A program made the translations under genes and the position numbers. The notes under the pieces are model-generated. The model was not told the origin of the DNA, did no database searches, and was given only the letters and a program-made list of their open reading frames with translations. DNA of 64,000 nucleotides from an uncultured Gemmatimonadales bacterium (lineage in GTDB: Bacteria; Gemmatimonadota; Gemmatimonadetes; Longimicrobiales; RSA9): the NCBI GenBank assembly GCA_963783305.1, contig CAWAMW010000017.1:288001-352000 (forward strand), given 5' to 3'. Shown one piece after another: positions 30,406-38,871 of the stretch (position 1 is the stretch's first letter; each line of letters begins with the position of its first letter).

Positions 30406-30957
30406 TCATTCGCGCAGCACCAGCTCCCGCCGGGCCGGATCGTACGAGACCAGAACGACCTGCCCCGGCGAAACGTCAACGGTTCGCCGTAACAGTAGTC
30501 GTTCCGGCACCGTTTCCGCCCAATTTCCCGCATTCTGGGCGGCGGAGTCCGGCGCCTCACCCATCCGGGAGAACTCCACCACGACCTCGTGGCGGCCAAC
30601 CGGCAGAGCGATCGACTCGAACACGTAGAGAGGGCGATCCCCCCGCGCACCTGCGCCTGCTACGGTGGAACGGAGCCGGAGCTCGCCGTTTACCCTCACG
30701 ACGAGGGCGTAGCTCGCCACGCGACCCTCGCAGACCACGTCCCGCCGCATGTGGATCGGCAGCGCTTCCTTCTCCTCCTCGGTGAGCCGCAGACACTCCT
30801 CCACCAGCGGCACCCGGGCCCGCCAGGCCAACCGCAGCGAAGGGTCCACCGCGGATTCCCGCGCGTACTCGAAGCGCGTCCCGGCTCCCACCGCGGCAAG
30901 GACCGCCAGCGCGAACGCCGCCCCCACGACCCCACGCACCATCCGAGCGCTCACCAC
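30406..30957 (-). CDS. Membrane-anchored hypothetical protein with two Cys
   Basis: N-terminal TM; EECLRLTEEE..LPIHMRR..VC; coupled to the upstream gene. Confidence 0.65.
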   Translation of the reverse strand: MVSARMVRGVVGAAFALAVLAAVGAGTRFEYARESAVDPSLRLAWRARVPLVEECLRLTEEEKEALPIHMRRDVVCEGRVASYALVVRVNGELRLRSTVAGAGARGDRPLYVFESIALPVGRHEVVVEFSRMGEAPDSAAQNAGNWAETVPERLLLRRTVDVSPGQVVLVSYDPARRELVLRE

Positions 30958-32564
30958 CGCCGCTCCCTCACCGCGGTCGCCTCACCGGCACTCGGGTCCT
31001 CCCCGCCGGGTCCCGGCGTATCGCATTCCGCGATCAGGTCGATATCAAGCTCCGCCTCCGCCACACTCTCGATCCGCGCCACAGCCCGCCGGAACGCCTC
31101 AAGCTGCGCCCGCAACTGCACCTCCTCGCCCCAGGCGCGGTTCACCAGCCGCACTCGCCGCCGGTCCACGCGCTCCTGCAGCTCCGCCTCGCGGTCATGG
31201 AAAAGACGCTGCTCCAGCCACTTCGATCCCTCCCGATTCCAGCAGTCCCGCTCAGGGCACGCCACCACCAGGACCCCGCCCGCCCCCGACCTCACCAGGT
31301 ACTCCACCACCGACGTGTGGAGATTGCCAGCGCACGTCACCAGGTACACTGCCGCGCCGGCCACCGTCGCGGCAGAACCTGTGGCGCTTCGATCGCACCC
31401 GATCACCACCACATCCCCACGCGTCGGCGACTCGCGAGCCACGAACGCTTTCACCTCCGCCATCTGATCCCGACCGGTACGGCCAGCCGGACCGACACCC
31501 ATGGGGGCACAGGAGCCGGCGCAGATGCCGCAGCTGACGCACAGATCGGGGTCGACGCGCGCCACCAGCGCCGAACGGCCGTCGTCTCCACCTCGCTGCA
31601 CCATGGCTATGGCCTCGTAGGGACAGTCCTCGTAGCACTGCTCGCACCCAGTGCACAGCCGCTCGTCCACGAACGACGGCGCCGGCGCCGATTCCGCCTT
31701 CGGACGGACCAGCCACGGCAACCCCAGGAGCGGCAGCGCCAGCGCTATGCCCCCGACCCACACCGACCCTGCGGGCAGACCCTCCGTCAGCGGCAGCCAG
31801 AAAGCATAGAAGAGATCCAGCTGGGCGCGGAGCGGCTGGCTCAGCAGCTCCGCCTCCCCTGTGATGGCCACCGGCCAGACCACCGACGCCCCCACGAGCA
31901 GCGCCAGCAGACCGTACCTCAGCCCCTTCGGCGGAAGCAGCGTCGGCCGCGCCACGCGCGACACGTGCAGCCACAGGACCAGTCCCATCCCCACCGGCAG
32001 CGCGATGTGCAGGAACAGGTTGAGGAAGAAGAACGCCGCCGGCACCGGCCGGTCCCCCACGAATGTCCGACCGATCGGTTCGCTGAAGATCGGCAGCGCA
32101 TCCATCAGTCGCGCTCCCTCCACCGCCAGTAGCTGCGCCTGCGTGTCCCATACCATCACGTAGCCCGTCCACCCAGACACCAGCACCACCAACAGCAGCA
32201 CCAGGCCACTCACCCACGCCAGCGCTCGCGGACCCCAACTGCGACCCTGCGCGAACATCCGGAATGCATGCACCACGATCGCTATCACCGCCACGTCCGA
32301 CCCGTAGCGGTGGAGCGTTCGGATCCACCGCCCCAGCCACGCCTGCTCCGTGATCCTCGCCACCGACTCGTATGGCGCCCCGATCCGGTAAAACAACAGC
32401 AGGTATGCGCCCGTCAGAAGCAGCACCACCAACAGACCCGCCACGATGGCCCCGCTCGCGTACAGTGGGTTCCACCGAGACCCGTACACACGGTCCATCC
32501 ACCGGTCCACCCACCGGAGCGCCCGTAGCGCCGTCCGCTGGAGCGCCGCCGCGATGCCGCTCAT
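30951..32564 (-). CDS. Cytochrome b(N)-like + 2x[4Fe-4S] ferredoxin + MvhD/FlpD-like Fe-S fusion
   Basis: RTLHRY..H, TGY..VWD, LFLHIA..LHV; CTGCEQCYEDCP and CVSCGICAGSC; CAG...GGVLVVACPERDC. Confidence 0.85.
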   Translation of the reverse strand: MSGIAAALQRTALRALRWVDRWMDRVYGSRWNPLYASGAIVAGLLVVLLLTGAYLLLFYRIGAPYESVARITEQAWLGRWIRTLHRYGSDVAVIAIVVHAFRMFAQGRSWGPRALAWVSGLVLLLVVLVSGWTGYVMVWDTQAQLLAVEGARLMDALPIFSEPIGRTFVGDRPVPAAFFFLNLFLHIALPVGMGLVLWLHVSRVARPTLLPPKGLRYGLLALLVGASVVWPVAITGEAELLSQPLRAQLDLFYAFWLPLTEGLPAGSVWVGGIALALPLLGLPWLVRPKAESAPAPSFVDERLCTGCEQCYEDCPYEAIAMVQRGGDDGRSALVARVDPDLCVSCGICAGSCAPMGVGPAGRTGRDQMAEVKAFVARESPTRGDVVVIGCDRSATGSAATVAGAAVYLVTCAGNLHTSVVEYLVRSGAGGVLVVACPERDCWNREGSKWLEQRLFHDREAELQERVDRRRVRLVNRAWGEEVQLRAQLEAFRRAVARIESVAEAELDIDLIAECDTPGPGGEDPSAGEATAVRERRW

Positions 32565-32656
32565 GCCGCCCCTGGCCTGGTTTCCATTTCTGCCATCGTC
32601 TCCATGGCTTCTGCCTGCGAGGAGCCCGCTGCCCCCTACCTTCTTGCTTTTCGCAG

Positions 32657-32678
32657 TTTATCATAGCAATATGACAAA
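32657..32678. promoter_or_regulatory. Imperfect palindrome in the divergent promoter (candidate Rrf2 operator)
   Basis: TTTATCATA-gcaa-TATGACAAA, 8/9 symmetric, in an AT-rich intergenic patch. Confidence 0.5.
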
Positions 32679-32706
32679 TGCAACGTCACCCTGCCCCCCG
32701 ACACCC

Positions 32707-33132
32707 ATGCTCTCCGCCACCGCCGCCTACGCGCTCCGGGCCATGATCCACCTCGCCGCCCGCGAGGGAGAGGGTCCCGTGCGGGTGGACGATGTGGCCG
32801 AGGCGCTGGGCGTGCCCAGGAACTACCTGTCGAAGGTGCTGCACGCCCTGGTGAAGGACGGGACGCTGCGATCGCTCCGGGGGCCGAATGGGGGGTTCGA
32901 GCTGGCGGTCCCGTCGTCGTCGCTGACGCTGTTCGACGTGGTGCGTCCGTTCGAGGAGATGGAGTCACGGCGAATGTGCCTGCTGGGAGGCGCGTGCGAC
33001 GAGCGGAACCCGTGCGCTGTGCACGGTCGGTGGAGCGGAGTGGCGGCGGACGTCGCTTCGTTCTTCCGGGAGACGGGGCTGGACGACGTGGTGCGGGACA
33101 CGAGGCGAGTGGAGACGGTGCTGCGCGGGTGA
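32707..33132 (+). CDS. Rrf2 family transcriptional regulator (three Cys, likely Fe-S binding)
   Basis: YALRAM, YLSKVLH.L, SLRGPNGGF.L, CLLGGACDERNPCAVH. Confidence 0.92.
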   Translation: MLSATAAYALRAMIHLAAREGEGPVRVDDVAEALGVPRNYLSKVLHALVKDGTLRSLRGPNGGFELAVPSSSLTLFDVVRPFEEMESRRMCLLGGACDERNPCAVHGRWSGVAADVASFFRETGLDDVVRDTRRVETVLRG

Positions 33133-33146
33133 ACACAGGAGGAGAA

Positions 33147-33308
33147 ATGGACGGAGATAGTAGGGTGCAGGAGGAAGTGCCGCTGGGCCAGCGGCTATAC
33201 GACAACTGGGTCCTGCTGTTGATCGCGGGGGTCCTGGTGGTGTCGATCACGTACGTGGGCTGGGGCATGTACGAGATTCTGACGCTGCCTCAGGCGACGC
33301 TGCCGTAA
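33147..33308 (+). CDS. Small single-TM subunit of the heme-copper complex
   Basis: GGAGG RBS; PLGQRLYDNWVLLLIAG...GWG; directly upstream of subunit II. Confidence 0.7.
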   Translation: MDGDSRVQEEVPLGQRLYDNWVLLLIAGVLVVSITYVGWGMYEILTLPQATLP

Positions 33309-33319
33309 GGAGGCGCGAA

Positions 33320-33919
33320 ATGAGATGGAGAACGGGGCTGGAGTCCCCGACGGGGGTCTGGTGGATACCGGCCCATGGCGCGGAGAAGGTCTGGTTCGGA
33401 GTGGCGTTCGCGTGGTGCATGGTGCTGTTCGCGATGATGCCGCTCTGGCACTGGAAGGGAGGCCAGAACCCGGCGGGAATCCGGGCGAAGGTGGAGCCGG
33501 CCGCGTATGCCGAGCGCGTGGAGGAATTCATCTCGGAGTACCAGGTGGGGGAAGAGAACGGGTATCCCATCGTGGAGCCGCCGGTGGGCAGCGATGTGTA
33601 CCTGCAGGCGCGGATGTGGAGCTGGACACCGATCCTGAAGCTGCGGAAGGGAGCCGACTACGTGCTGCACCTGTCGAGTCTCGACGTGAACCACGGGTTC
33701 GCGCTGTACCCGATCAACGTGAACTTCCAGGTGGTCCCGGGCTACGACTACGGCCTCGAGGTCACGCCGTCGACGGCCGGAGAGTTCGAGATCATGTGCA
33801 ACGAGTTCTGCGGCATCAACCACCACAACATGGTGGGGAAGATCATCGTGGTGGACCCGGAAGCCGAAGCGTCGGCTGTGGTCGCGGCGGGCACGGGTGG
33901 GGAGGCCAGCCATGACTAG
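33320..33919 (+). CDS. Heme-copper oxidoreductase subunit II with CuA centre
   Basis: SLDVNHG and CNEFCGINHHNM CuA ligands; one TM. Confidence 0.93.
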   Translation: MRWRTGLESPTGVWWIPAHGAEKVWFGVAFAWCMVLFAMMPLWHWKGGQNPAGIRAKVEPAAYAERVEEFISEYQVGEENGYPIVEPPVGSDVYLQARMWSWTPILKLRKGADYVLHLSSLDVNHGFALYPINVNFQVVPGYDYGLEVTPSTAGEFEIMCNEFCGINHHNMVGKIIVVDPEAEASAVVAAGTGGEASHD

Positions 33920-35489
33920 CTTCATCCATCGGGTCTGTCCCACCACCGGCCTCAAGGTGGACCGGCAGGCGAACAACCTGATCAAGGCGAACGCGGTGGC
34001 CGCCACGGTGGCGCTGCTGGTGGGTGGAGTGGCGGCGATCCTGGTGCTGCTCACGCGCTGGCAGGCGGTGCACCTGCTGGGCGCGGCGATGTTCTACCGG
34101 GTCCTGACGATCCACGGGATGAACATGCTCATCTTCTTCATCCTGTTCTTCGAGATGGCGATCCTGTACTTCGCCGGGCCGGTGCTGCTGAACAGTCGGC
34201 TCCCGGCCCCGAAGGTGGGGTGGTCGGCGTTCGCGCTCATGGTGGTGGGCGCGCTGCTGGTGGAGTGGACGATGTTCACCGGTCGCGCGGACGTGCTGTT
34301 CACGTCATACGTGCCACTCCGCGCGCACCCGGCCTTCTATGGTGGCATCATCCTCTTCGCAGTGGGCGCTCTGATCGTGGTGGGGCACTTCTTCGCGTCG
34401 CTGGTGGTGGCGAAGCGGGAGAAGTCGTACGAGGGGTCGGTCCCGCTGGTCACGTTCGGCGGGATTACGGCGGCGATCATCGCCGTGATCACGCTGGCGC
34501 AGGGCGCGGCCATCTACATCCCGACGTTCTTCTGGTCGTTGGGGATCGGGGAGGTGGACCCGCAGGTATACCGGATGGTGTGGTGGGGGCTGGGGCACAG
34601 TTCGCAGCAGATCAATGTGGCCGCCATGGTCTCGGTGTGGTACCTGCTGGGCGGGCTCACGGTCGGGGCCGTGGTGCTGAACGAGAAGATCAGCCGCACC
34701 GCCTTCGTCCTGTACGTCCTGTTCATTTCCATGGCCGCCGCGCACCACCTGCTGGTGGACCCGGGGCTCGGGCCGGCATGGAAGATCGTCAACACCAGCT
34801 ACTTCATGTACATGGCGGTGCTGGCCAGCATGCTCCACGGCTTCACGGTACCGGCGGGAATCGAAGTGGGCCAGCGCCTGCGGGGGTACACGAAGGGCAC
34901 ATTCGAATGGCTGCGGCGCGCCCCGTGGAGCGACCCGGGGTTCAGCTCACTGGCGTTCTCCGTGGTGGTGTTCGGCTTCGTGGGCGGGATCACCGGCGTC
35001 ACGTTCGGGACCGAGCAGATCAACATCATCGCGCACAACACGCTCCGCATACCCGGCCACTTCCACGCCACCGTTGTGAGCGGGACGGCCATGGCGTTCA
35101 TGGGGCTCACCTACTACGTCATCCCGCTGATCTTCAGGAAGAAGGTGGCGTTCTGGCCGCTGGCGAAGATCCAGCCCTACCTGTTCGCCGGCGGGATGCT
35201 CGTGTTCAGCATGGCCATGACCTTCGCCGGCACGTTCGCGGTCCCGCGGAGGCACTGGGACATCACGTTCCAGAACGCGCCGTTCGACCTCCAGTTCAGC
35301 CCGACCGTGGACCTGCTGCTCGGCATCATGGCCATCGGCGGCCTGGTGGCAGCGGTGGGCGGAGGCATCTACATCCTGGTCACAGTCTGGTCGGTATTTT
35401 TCGGAGAACCCATTGAAGAAGGAGATGACGTCTATGTCGATGCACGGACTCCCACAGGGGATAGTGAACCCGCCCCGGCCGTTCACTGA
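33912..35489 (+). CDS. Heme-copper superfamily subunit I, eNOR-like; last TM apparently frameshifted into 35413-35637
   Basis: LTIHG, GHSSQQIN (no cross-linking Tyr), AHHLL, GHFHATV. Confidence 0.85.
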   Translation: MTSFIHRVCPTTGLKVDRQANNLIKANAVAATVALLVGGVAAILVLLTRWQAVHLLGAAMFYRVLTIHGMNMLIFFILFFEMAILYFAGPVLLNSRLPAPKVGWSAFALMVVGALLVEWTMFTGRADVLFTSYVPLRAHPAFYGGIILFAVGALIVVGHFFASLVVAKREKSYEGSVPLVTFGGITAAIIAVITLAQGAAIYIPTFFWSLGIGEVDPQVYRMVWWGLGHSSQQINVAAMVSVWYLLGGLTVGAVVLNEKISRTAFVLYVLFISMAAAHHLLVDPGLGPAWKIVNTSYFMYMAVLASMLHGFTVPAGIEVGQRLRGYTKGTFEWLRRAPWSDPGFSSLAFSVVVFGFVGGITGVTFGTEQINIIAHNTLRIPGHFHATVVSGTAMAFMGLTYYVIPLIFRKKVAFWPLAKIQPYLFAGGMLVFSMAMTFAGTFAVPRRHWDITFQNAPFDLQFSPTVDLLLGIMAIGGLVAAVGGGIYILVTVWSVFFGEPIEEGDDVYVDARTPTGDSEPAPAVH

Positions 35490-35637
35490 GGCCGACGAGG
35501 CGGCGGTGCTCGAGCGGCACGGGAAAATGGGGCCTACACCCGGGACGGTGATCCTGGTGGCCATCTTCCTCGTTGCCTTCGCAACCTACTACTTCACGAA
35601 CTGGAAGCTGCTGTCGTTCCTGTGGCAGATCGGCTGA
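35413..35637 (+). CDS. Probable out-of-frame C-terminal TM of subunit I (or a separate small subunit)
   Basis: PGTVILVAIFLVAFATYYFTNWKLLS helix in an alternative frame overlapping the subunit I end. Confidence 0.55.
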   Translation: MKKEMTSMSMHGLPQGIVNPPRPFTEADEAAVLERHGKMGPTPGTVILVAIFLVAFATYYFTNWKLLSFLWQIG

Positions 35638-36539
35638 TCCGGACCCGGCTGACCCGCAGGCACGGCCTCCTGATCTCGGCACTGGCCGCCATTGCGGGCA
35701 TAACTGCGGGGTGGTGGGCGCTGGCACTCTGGCCGGCGCCCGCCGACGCCCCCGCCTGGCTGGGTCGAACCCGCGCCGTCTGCTTCGGAGTGGGCGACTC
35801 CGGGCTTCCGGACGCCGCCGGCTGGGCCGTCCTGATCGGGCAGCCCGCCAGCATGCTGGCGGTGCTCCTCTTCGGCTGGTGGCGAACCACGACCGAAGCG
35901 CTGCGCATCGTCGGCCGATCCCGGGCCGGCCGTGCCGCCCTCGCCAGCGCCACTCTGCTCCTGGCCACGGGGGCCACGGCCGCATCCGTGCGCGTGGCCG
36001 GGGCGGCGGGAGGGGGGCGCTCCACGCTCGATGCGCCGACGCGCTCCGCGGCCGAGCTGCCACGCCTCCACCTGGCTGCGCCGGCGCTCGACCTCGTGGA
36101 CCAGCACGGTGAGCCGTTCACCCTCGAACGGCTCCGGGGGGAGCCCGCCCTCGTTACATTCGCCTTCGCTCACTGTGAGACGGTTTGCCCCGTGCTGGTT
36201 CGGGAGGTGCGGCGTGCGCGGCAACTCGCCCTGGATCGCGGCCTCGCGCCACCCGCCGTCGTGGTGGTCACGGTCGACCCGTGGCGCGACACGCCGCCGC
36301 GGCTTCCACACATCGCCAAGGGTTGGGAGCTGGCGGAAGACGAGTGGGTGCTCAGCGCCCAGCCGGACGCAGTACGGGCGACCCTCGAACGGTGGAATGT
36401 TCCCACCACGAGGGACGCCCGTACCGGAGAAATCACGCATCCGGCCATCGTCTATGTTCTGGACCGGGAAGGGCGGGTCGCGTTCGCCACCACCGGGGGC
36501 GGCGAGCACGCCCTCGCCCTCCTCGCGCGGATCAACTAG
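35622..36539 (+). CDS. SCO1/SenC family copper chaperone with N-terminal TMs
   Basis: LVDQHG, FAHCETVCP (CxxxC), VTVDP, ITH. Confidence 0.9.
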   Translation: MADRLIRTRLTRRHGLLISALAAIAGITAGWWALALWPAPADAPAWLGRTRAVCFGVGDSGLPDAAGWAVLIGQPASMLAVLLFGWWRTTTEALRIVGRSRAGRAALASATLLLATGATAASVRVAGAAGGGRSTLDAPTRSAAELPRLHLAAPALDLVDQHGEPFTLERLRGEPALVTFAFAHCETVCPVLVREVRRARQLALDRGLAPPAVVVVTVDPWRDTPPRLPHIAKGWELAEDEWVLSAQPDAVRATLERWNVPTTRDARTGEITHPAIVYVLDREGRVAFATTGGGEHALALLARIN

Positions 36540-37012
36540 CGCATCGGGTTCGCATCCCGAGAGGTCCGCTCGTACCCCTCACGGACGTGCGGGCGCATGG
36601 TGTCGTAGTCGTTTTCGTGGTCGGTGTCTTTCCAACCCGCACGAAGCTCCGGCTCCACCTCATCGAAGGAGCGGCCGCGATAGTCGGGGTTCCGACCCGC
36701 CGCGTGGCCCACGCCGTAGCCGACCCGCGCCTGGTCGTAGTCCAGGTCCGAGCCGACCTCGCGGTGATGGGCACGATAATGCTCTTCGTGGTCACCCATG
36801 TCCTCCAGCGCGCGACCCGCCTTCTCACCGGCCCACCAGCCACCGGCCGCACCGGCGATCCCGCCAATGATCGTGCCGATGGGACCCGCGGCCGAACCGA
36901 TCCCCGCGCCCGCCAGCACGCCGCCGATGCCACCAGCGGCCTCGCCTGCCTGTTCGCCCGCGCCCGGGTTCTCGTCGCGTACGTCGTCCGAAAGATGTTC
37001 TCGGTCCGTCAT
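36536..37012 (-). CDS. Glycine-zipper hypothetical protein
   Basis: GGIGGVLAGAGIGSAAGPIGTIIGGIAG; GGAG RBS upstream. Confidence 0.7.
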   Translation of the reverse strand: MTDREHLSDDVRDENPGAGEQAGEAAGGIGGVLAGAGIGSAAGPIGTIIGGIAGAAGGWWAGEKAGRALEDMGDHEEHYRAHHREVGSDLDYDQARVGYGVGHAAGRNPDYRGRSFDEVEPELRAGWKDTDHENDYDTMRPHVREGYERTSRDANPMR

Positions 37013-37177
37013 GGTTCACCTCTGTCTCAGGAGAAGAAAACTGCCTTCCGTGAACGGATGTTTGTGCAGGATGCACGCCACGAATCGCGCGCCGCGTTTC
37101 AAGGTTTTCCCCACAGACGACCCGCTCCCCCGACCGTATCGTGGTTCCAATCACCACGGTCACGAAGGAGACAGCCC

Positions 37178-37618
37178 ATGGACGAGAAGGAGTTCGACCT
37201 GACCCTGACGCTCGGGGAGGGGATGCAGTTCGACGCTGCGTTCGATGGCGAGAAGATGGCGAACCTGCTCTTCGACGAGCCGGAGCCGGTGGGAGAGGAT
37301 GAGGGCCCCAACGCCGCGCGCGTCCTGGGGGCCGCCATCGGCAACTGTCTGAGCGCCAGCCTGCTTTTCTGCCTCCGGAAGGCCCGCGTGGACGTGGTGG
37401 GAATGCGCACGGAGGTGAAGGGCACGATCACGCGGAACGAGAGTGGCCGGTTCCGGATCGGCAGGATTGCCGTGAAGGTGCTGACGGAGATCCCACCGGA
37501 AGATCAGAGCCGGGTGGACCGGTGTCTGAAGGTGTTCGAAGACTTCTGCATCGTGAGCGCGAGTGTGCGGCAGGGGATCGAGATCGACGTCGAGGTGGAT
37601 GTCCTGAACCCCGGCTGA
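37178..37618 (+). CDS. OsmC family protein
   Basis: GAAGGAG RBS; DEPEPVG..GPN, AIGNCLSAS, FEDFCIVSASVR. Confidence 0.88.
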   Translation: MDEKEFDLTLTLGEGMQFDAAFDGEKMANLLFDEPEPVGEDEGPNAARVLGAAIGNCLSASLLFCLRKARVDVVGMRTEVKGTITRNESGRFRIGRIAVKVLTEIPPEDQSRVDRCLKVFEDFCIVSASVRQGIEIDVEVDVLNPG

Positions 37619-37623
37619 CGGCC

Positions 37624-38160
37624 TCAGACCGCCTGACCGTTCTCCTCATCATAGCGGCGGATCGCGTCCTCGATGGCTTCGATGGCGCGGCCGCGGCCCG
37701 CCCAGCCGCCGGTGACGGTCTCCTTGCCCTCCAGCTCCTTGTACACGGCGAAGAAGTGGTCGATCTCGCGGAGCGTGTGAGGCGGAACGTCCTCCAGCTG
37801 GTGGTACTCGTCCATGTAGGGATCGGAGGTGGGCACAGCCAGGATCTTGTGGTCGATGCCCTTCTCGTCCCGCATCTGGAACATCCCCACCGGGCGGACC
37901 TCGATGAGACAGCCCGGCACCGTCGGCACCGTAATCAGGATGAGCACGTCGAGCGCGTCGCCGTCCTCCGCCAGCGTCCGGGGTACGAAGCCGTAGTCGC
38001 CGGGGTAGTGGACGGCGCTGTAGAGCAGCCGATCGAACTTCAGGACGCCGGAGTCCTTGTCCACCTCGTACTTGTTCCGACTCCCGCCCGGGATTTCGAC
38101 ATAGGCGTTGAGGAGGTCGGGCGGCGCGGGTCCAGCCTTGAGGTCGTGGAGCGGATGCAT
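37624..38160 (-). CDS. ppa: Inorganic pyrophosphatase
   Basis: EIPGGSRNKYE, YPGDYG..P.TL.EDGD.LDV, DEKG.D.KI. Confidence 0.96.
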   Translation of the reverse strand: MHPLHDLKAGPAPPDLLNAYVEIPGGSRNKYEVDKDSGVLKFDRLLYSAVHYPGDYGFVPRTLAEDGDALDVLILITVPTVPGCLIEVRPVGMFQMRDEKGIDHKILAVPTSDPYMDEYHQLEDVPPHTLREIDHFFAVYKELEGKETVTGGWAGRGRAIEAIEDAIRRYDEENGQAV

Positions 38161-38167
38161 CAGCGGC

Positions 38168-38728
38168 TCACATCACCCGGCGGAGCGCCTGCGTGGCGGT
38201 GGCCGTCGCCGCGCCGAACGCGAGGTGGGCCCCCAGCGCCTTGGCGTGGTCGGGGATCGAATGGGCCGTGGGCCCTGCGGACAGGCCCAGCAGCGGCACC
38301 ATGATCTCGTCGCCGAGCACCCATAGCGCGGTGCCATAGCCCAGCCCGGCCACCAGGTCGGGCACATCCGCGGCGGGGCGGAGCGCGCCGTAGAGGCCAC
38401 CGACGAGGACTCCGTAGCCCCAGTGGACCGCCTGGCCCAACTTCTCCTTCGCTTTCTCGTCCGGCTCGTCCCCCGTGGCCGTGTGGTACGCGATTCGGCC
38501 GAGCGCGGCCGTCGCCGCCTCGTCCTCACGGGCCTGACGACCGGAGACCGCGATGTCGTCGAGGGCGTCCTGCCGCTCCACGATGTCCTCCTCGTCGGAA
38601 CCCTGTCCCTCTCCGTTGGAGAGCGCCTGCGACGCGCGGAAGAAAAGTCCCATGACTGCGAGCCCCGCCAGGCTGCCCAGCGCTCCGCGGAGCATTCCGT
38701 TCATGTGGTCACTGTCGATGCGGGCCAT
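38168..38728 (-). CDS. DUF1440-like membrane protein
   Basis: VHWGYG, G.ALW..GDE..VP.LGLS, AHLAFG. Confidence 0.7.
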   Translation of the reverse strand: MARIDSDHMNGMLRGALGSLAGLAVMGLFFRASQALSNGEGQGSDEEDIVERQDALDDIAVSGRQAREDEAATAALGRIAYHTATGDEPDEKAKEKLGQAVHWGYGVLVGGLYGALRPAADVPDLVAGLGYGTALWVLGDEIMVPLLGLSAGPTAHSIPDHAKALGAHLAFGAATATATQALRRVM

Positions 38729-38871
38729 GGGGCGAGTCCTCCTGCGCGGGACGTGACGAAGCGAGCACTCCCTGCACTGAAGGAACCATGCCAGCATCGA
38801 ACATCGCCCATCGGCTTCTGCACCGAGCCTCAGGGGATCGAAGATCCAGAGTCGCTAGGCGCTGATCGATC

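Noticed and set aside
33912..35489. Calling this gene ctaD/coxA or ccoN
   Set aside because: It lacks the HPxVY Tyr, and the partner subunit is CuA-type rather than cytochrome c.
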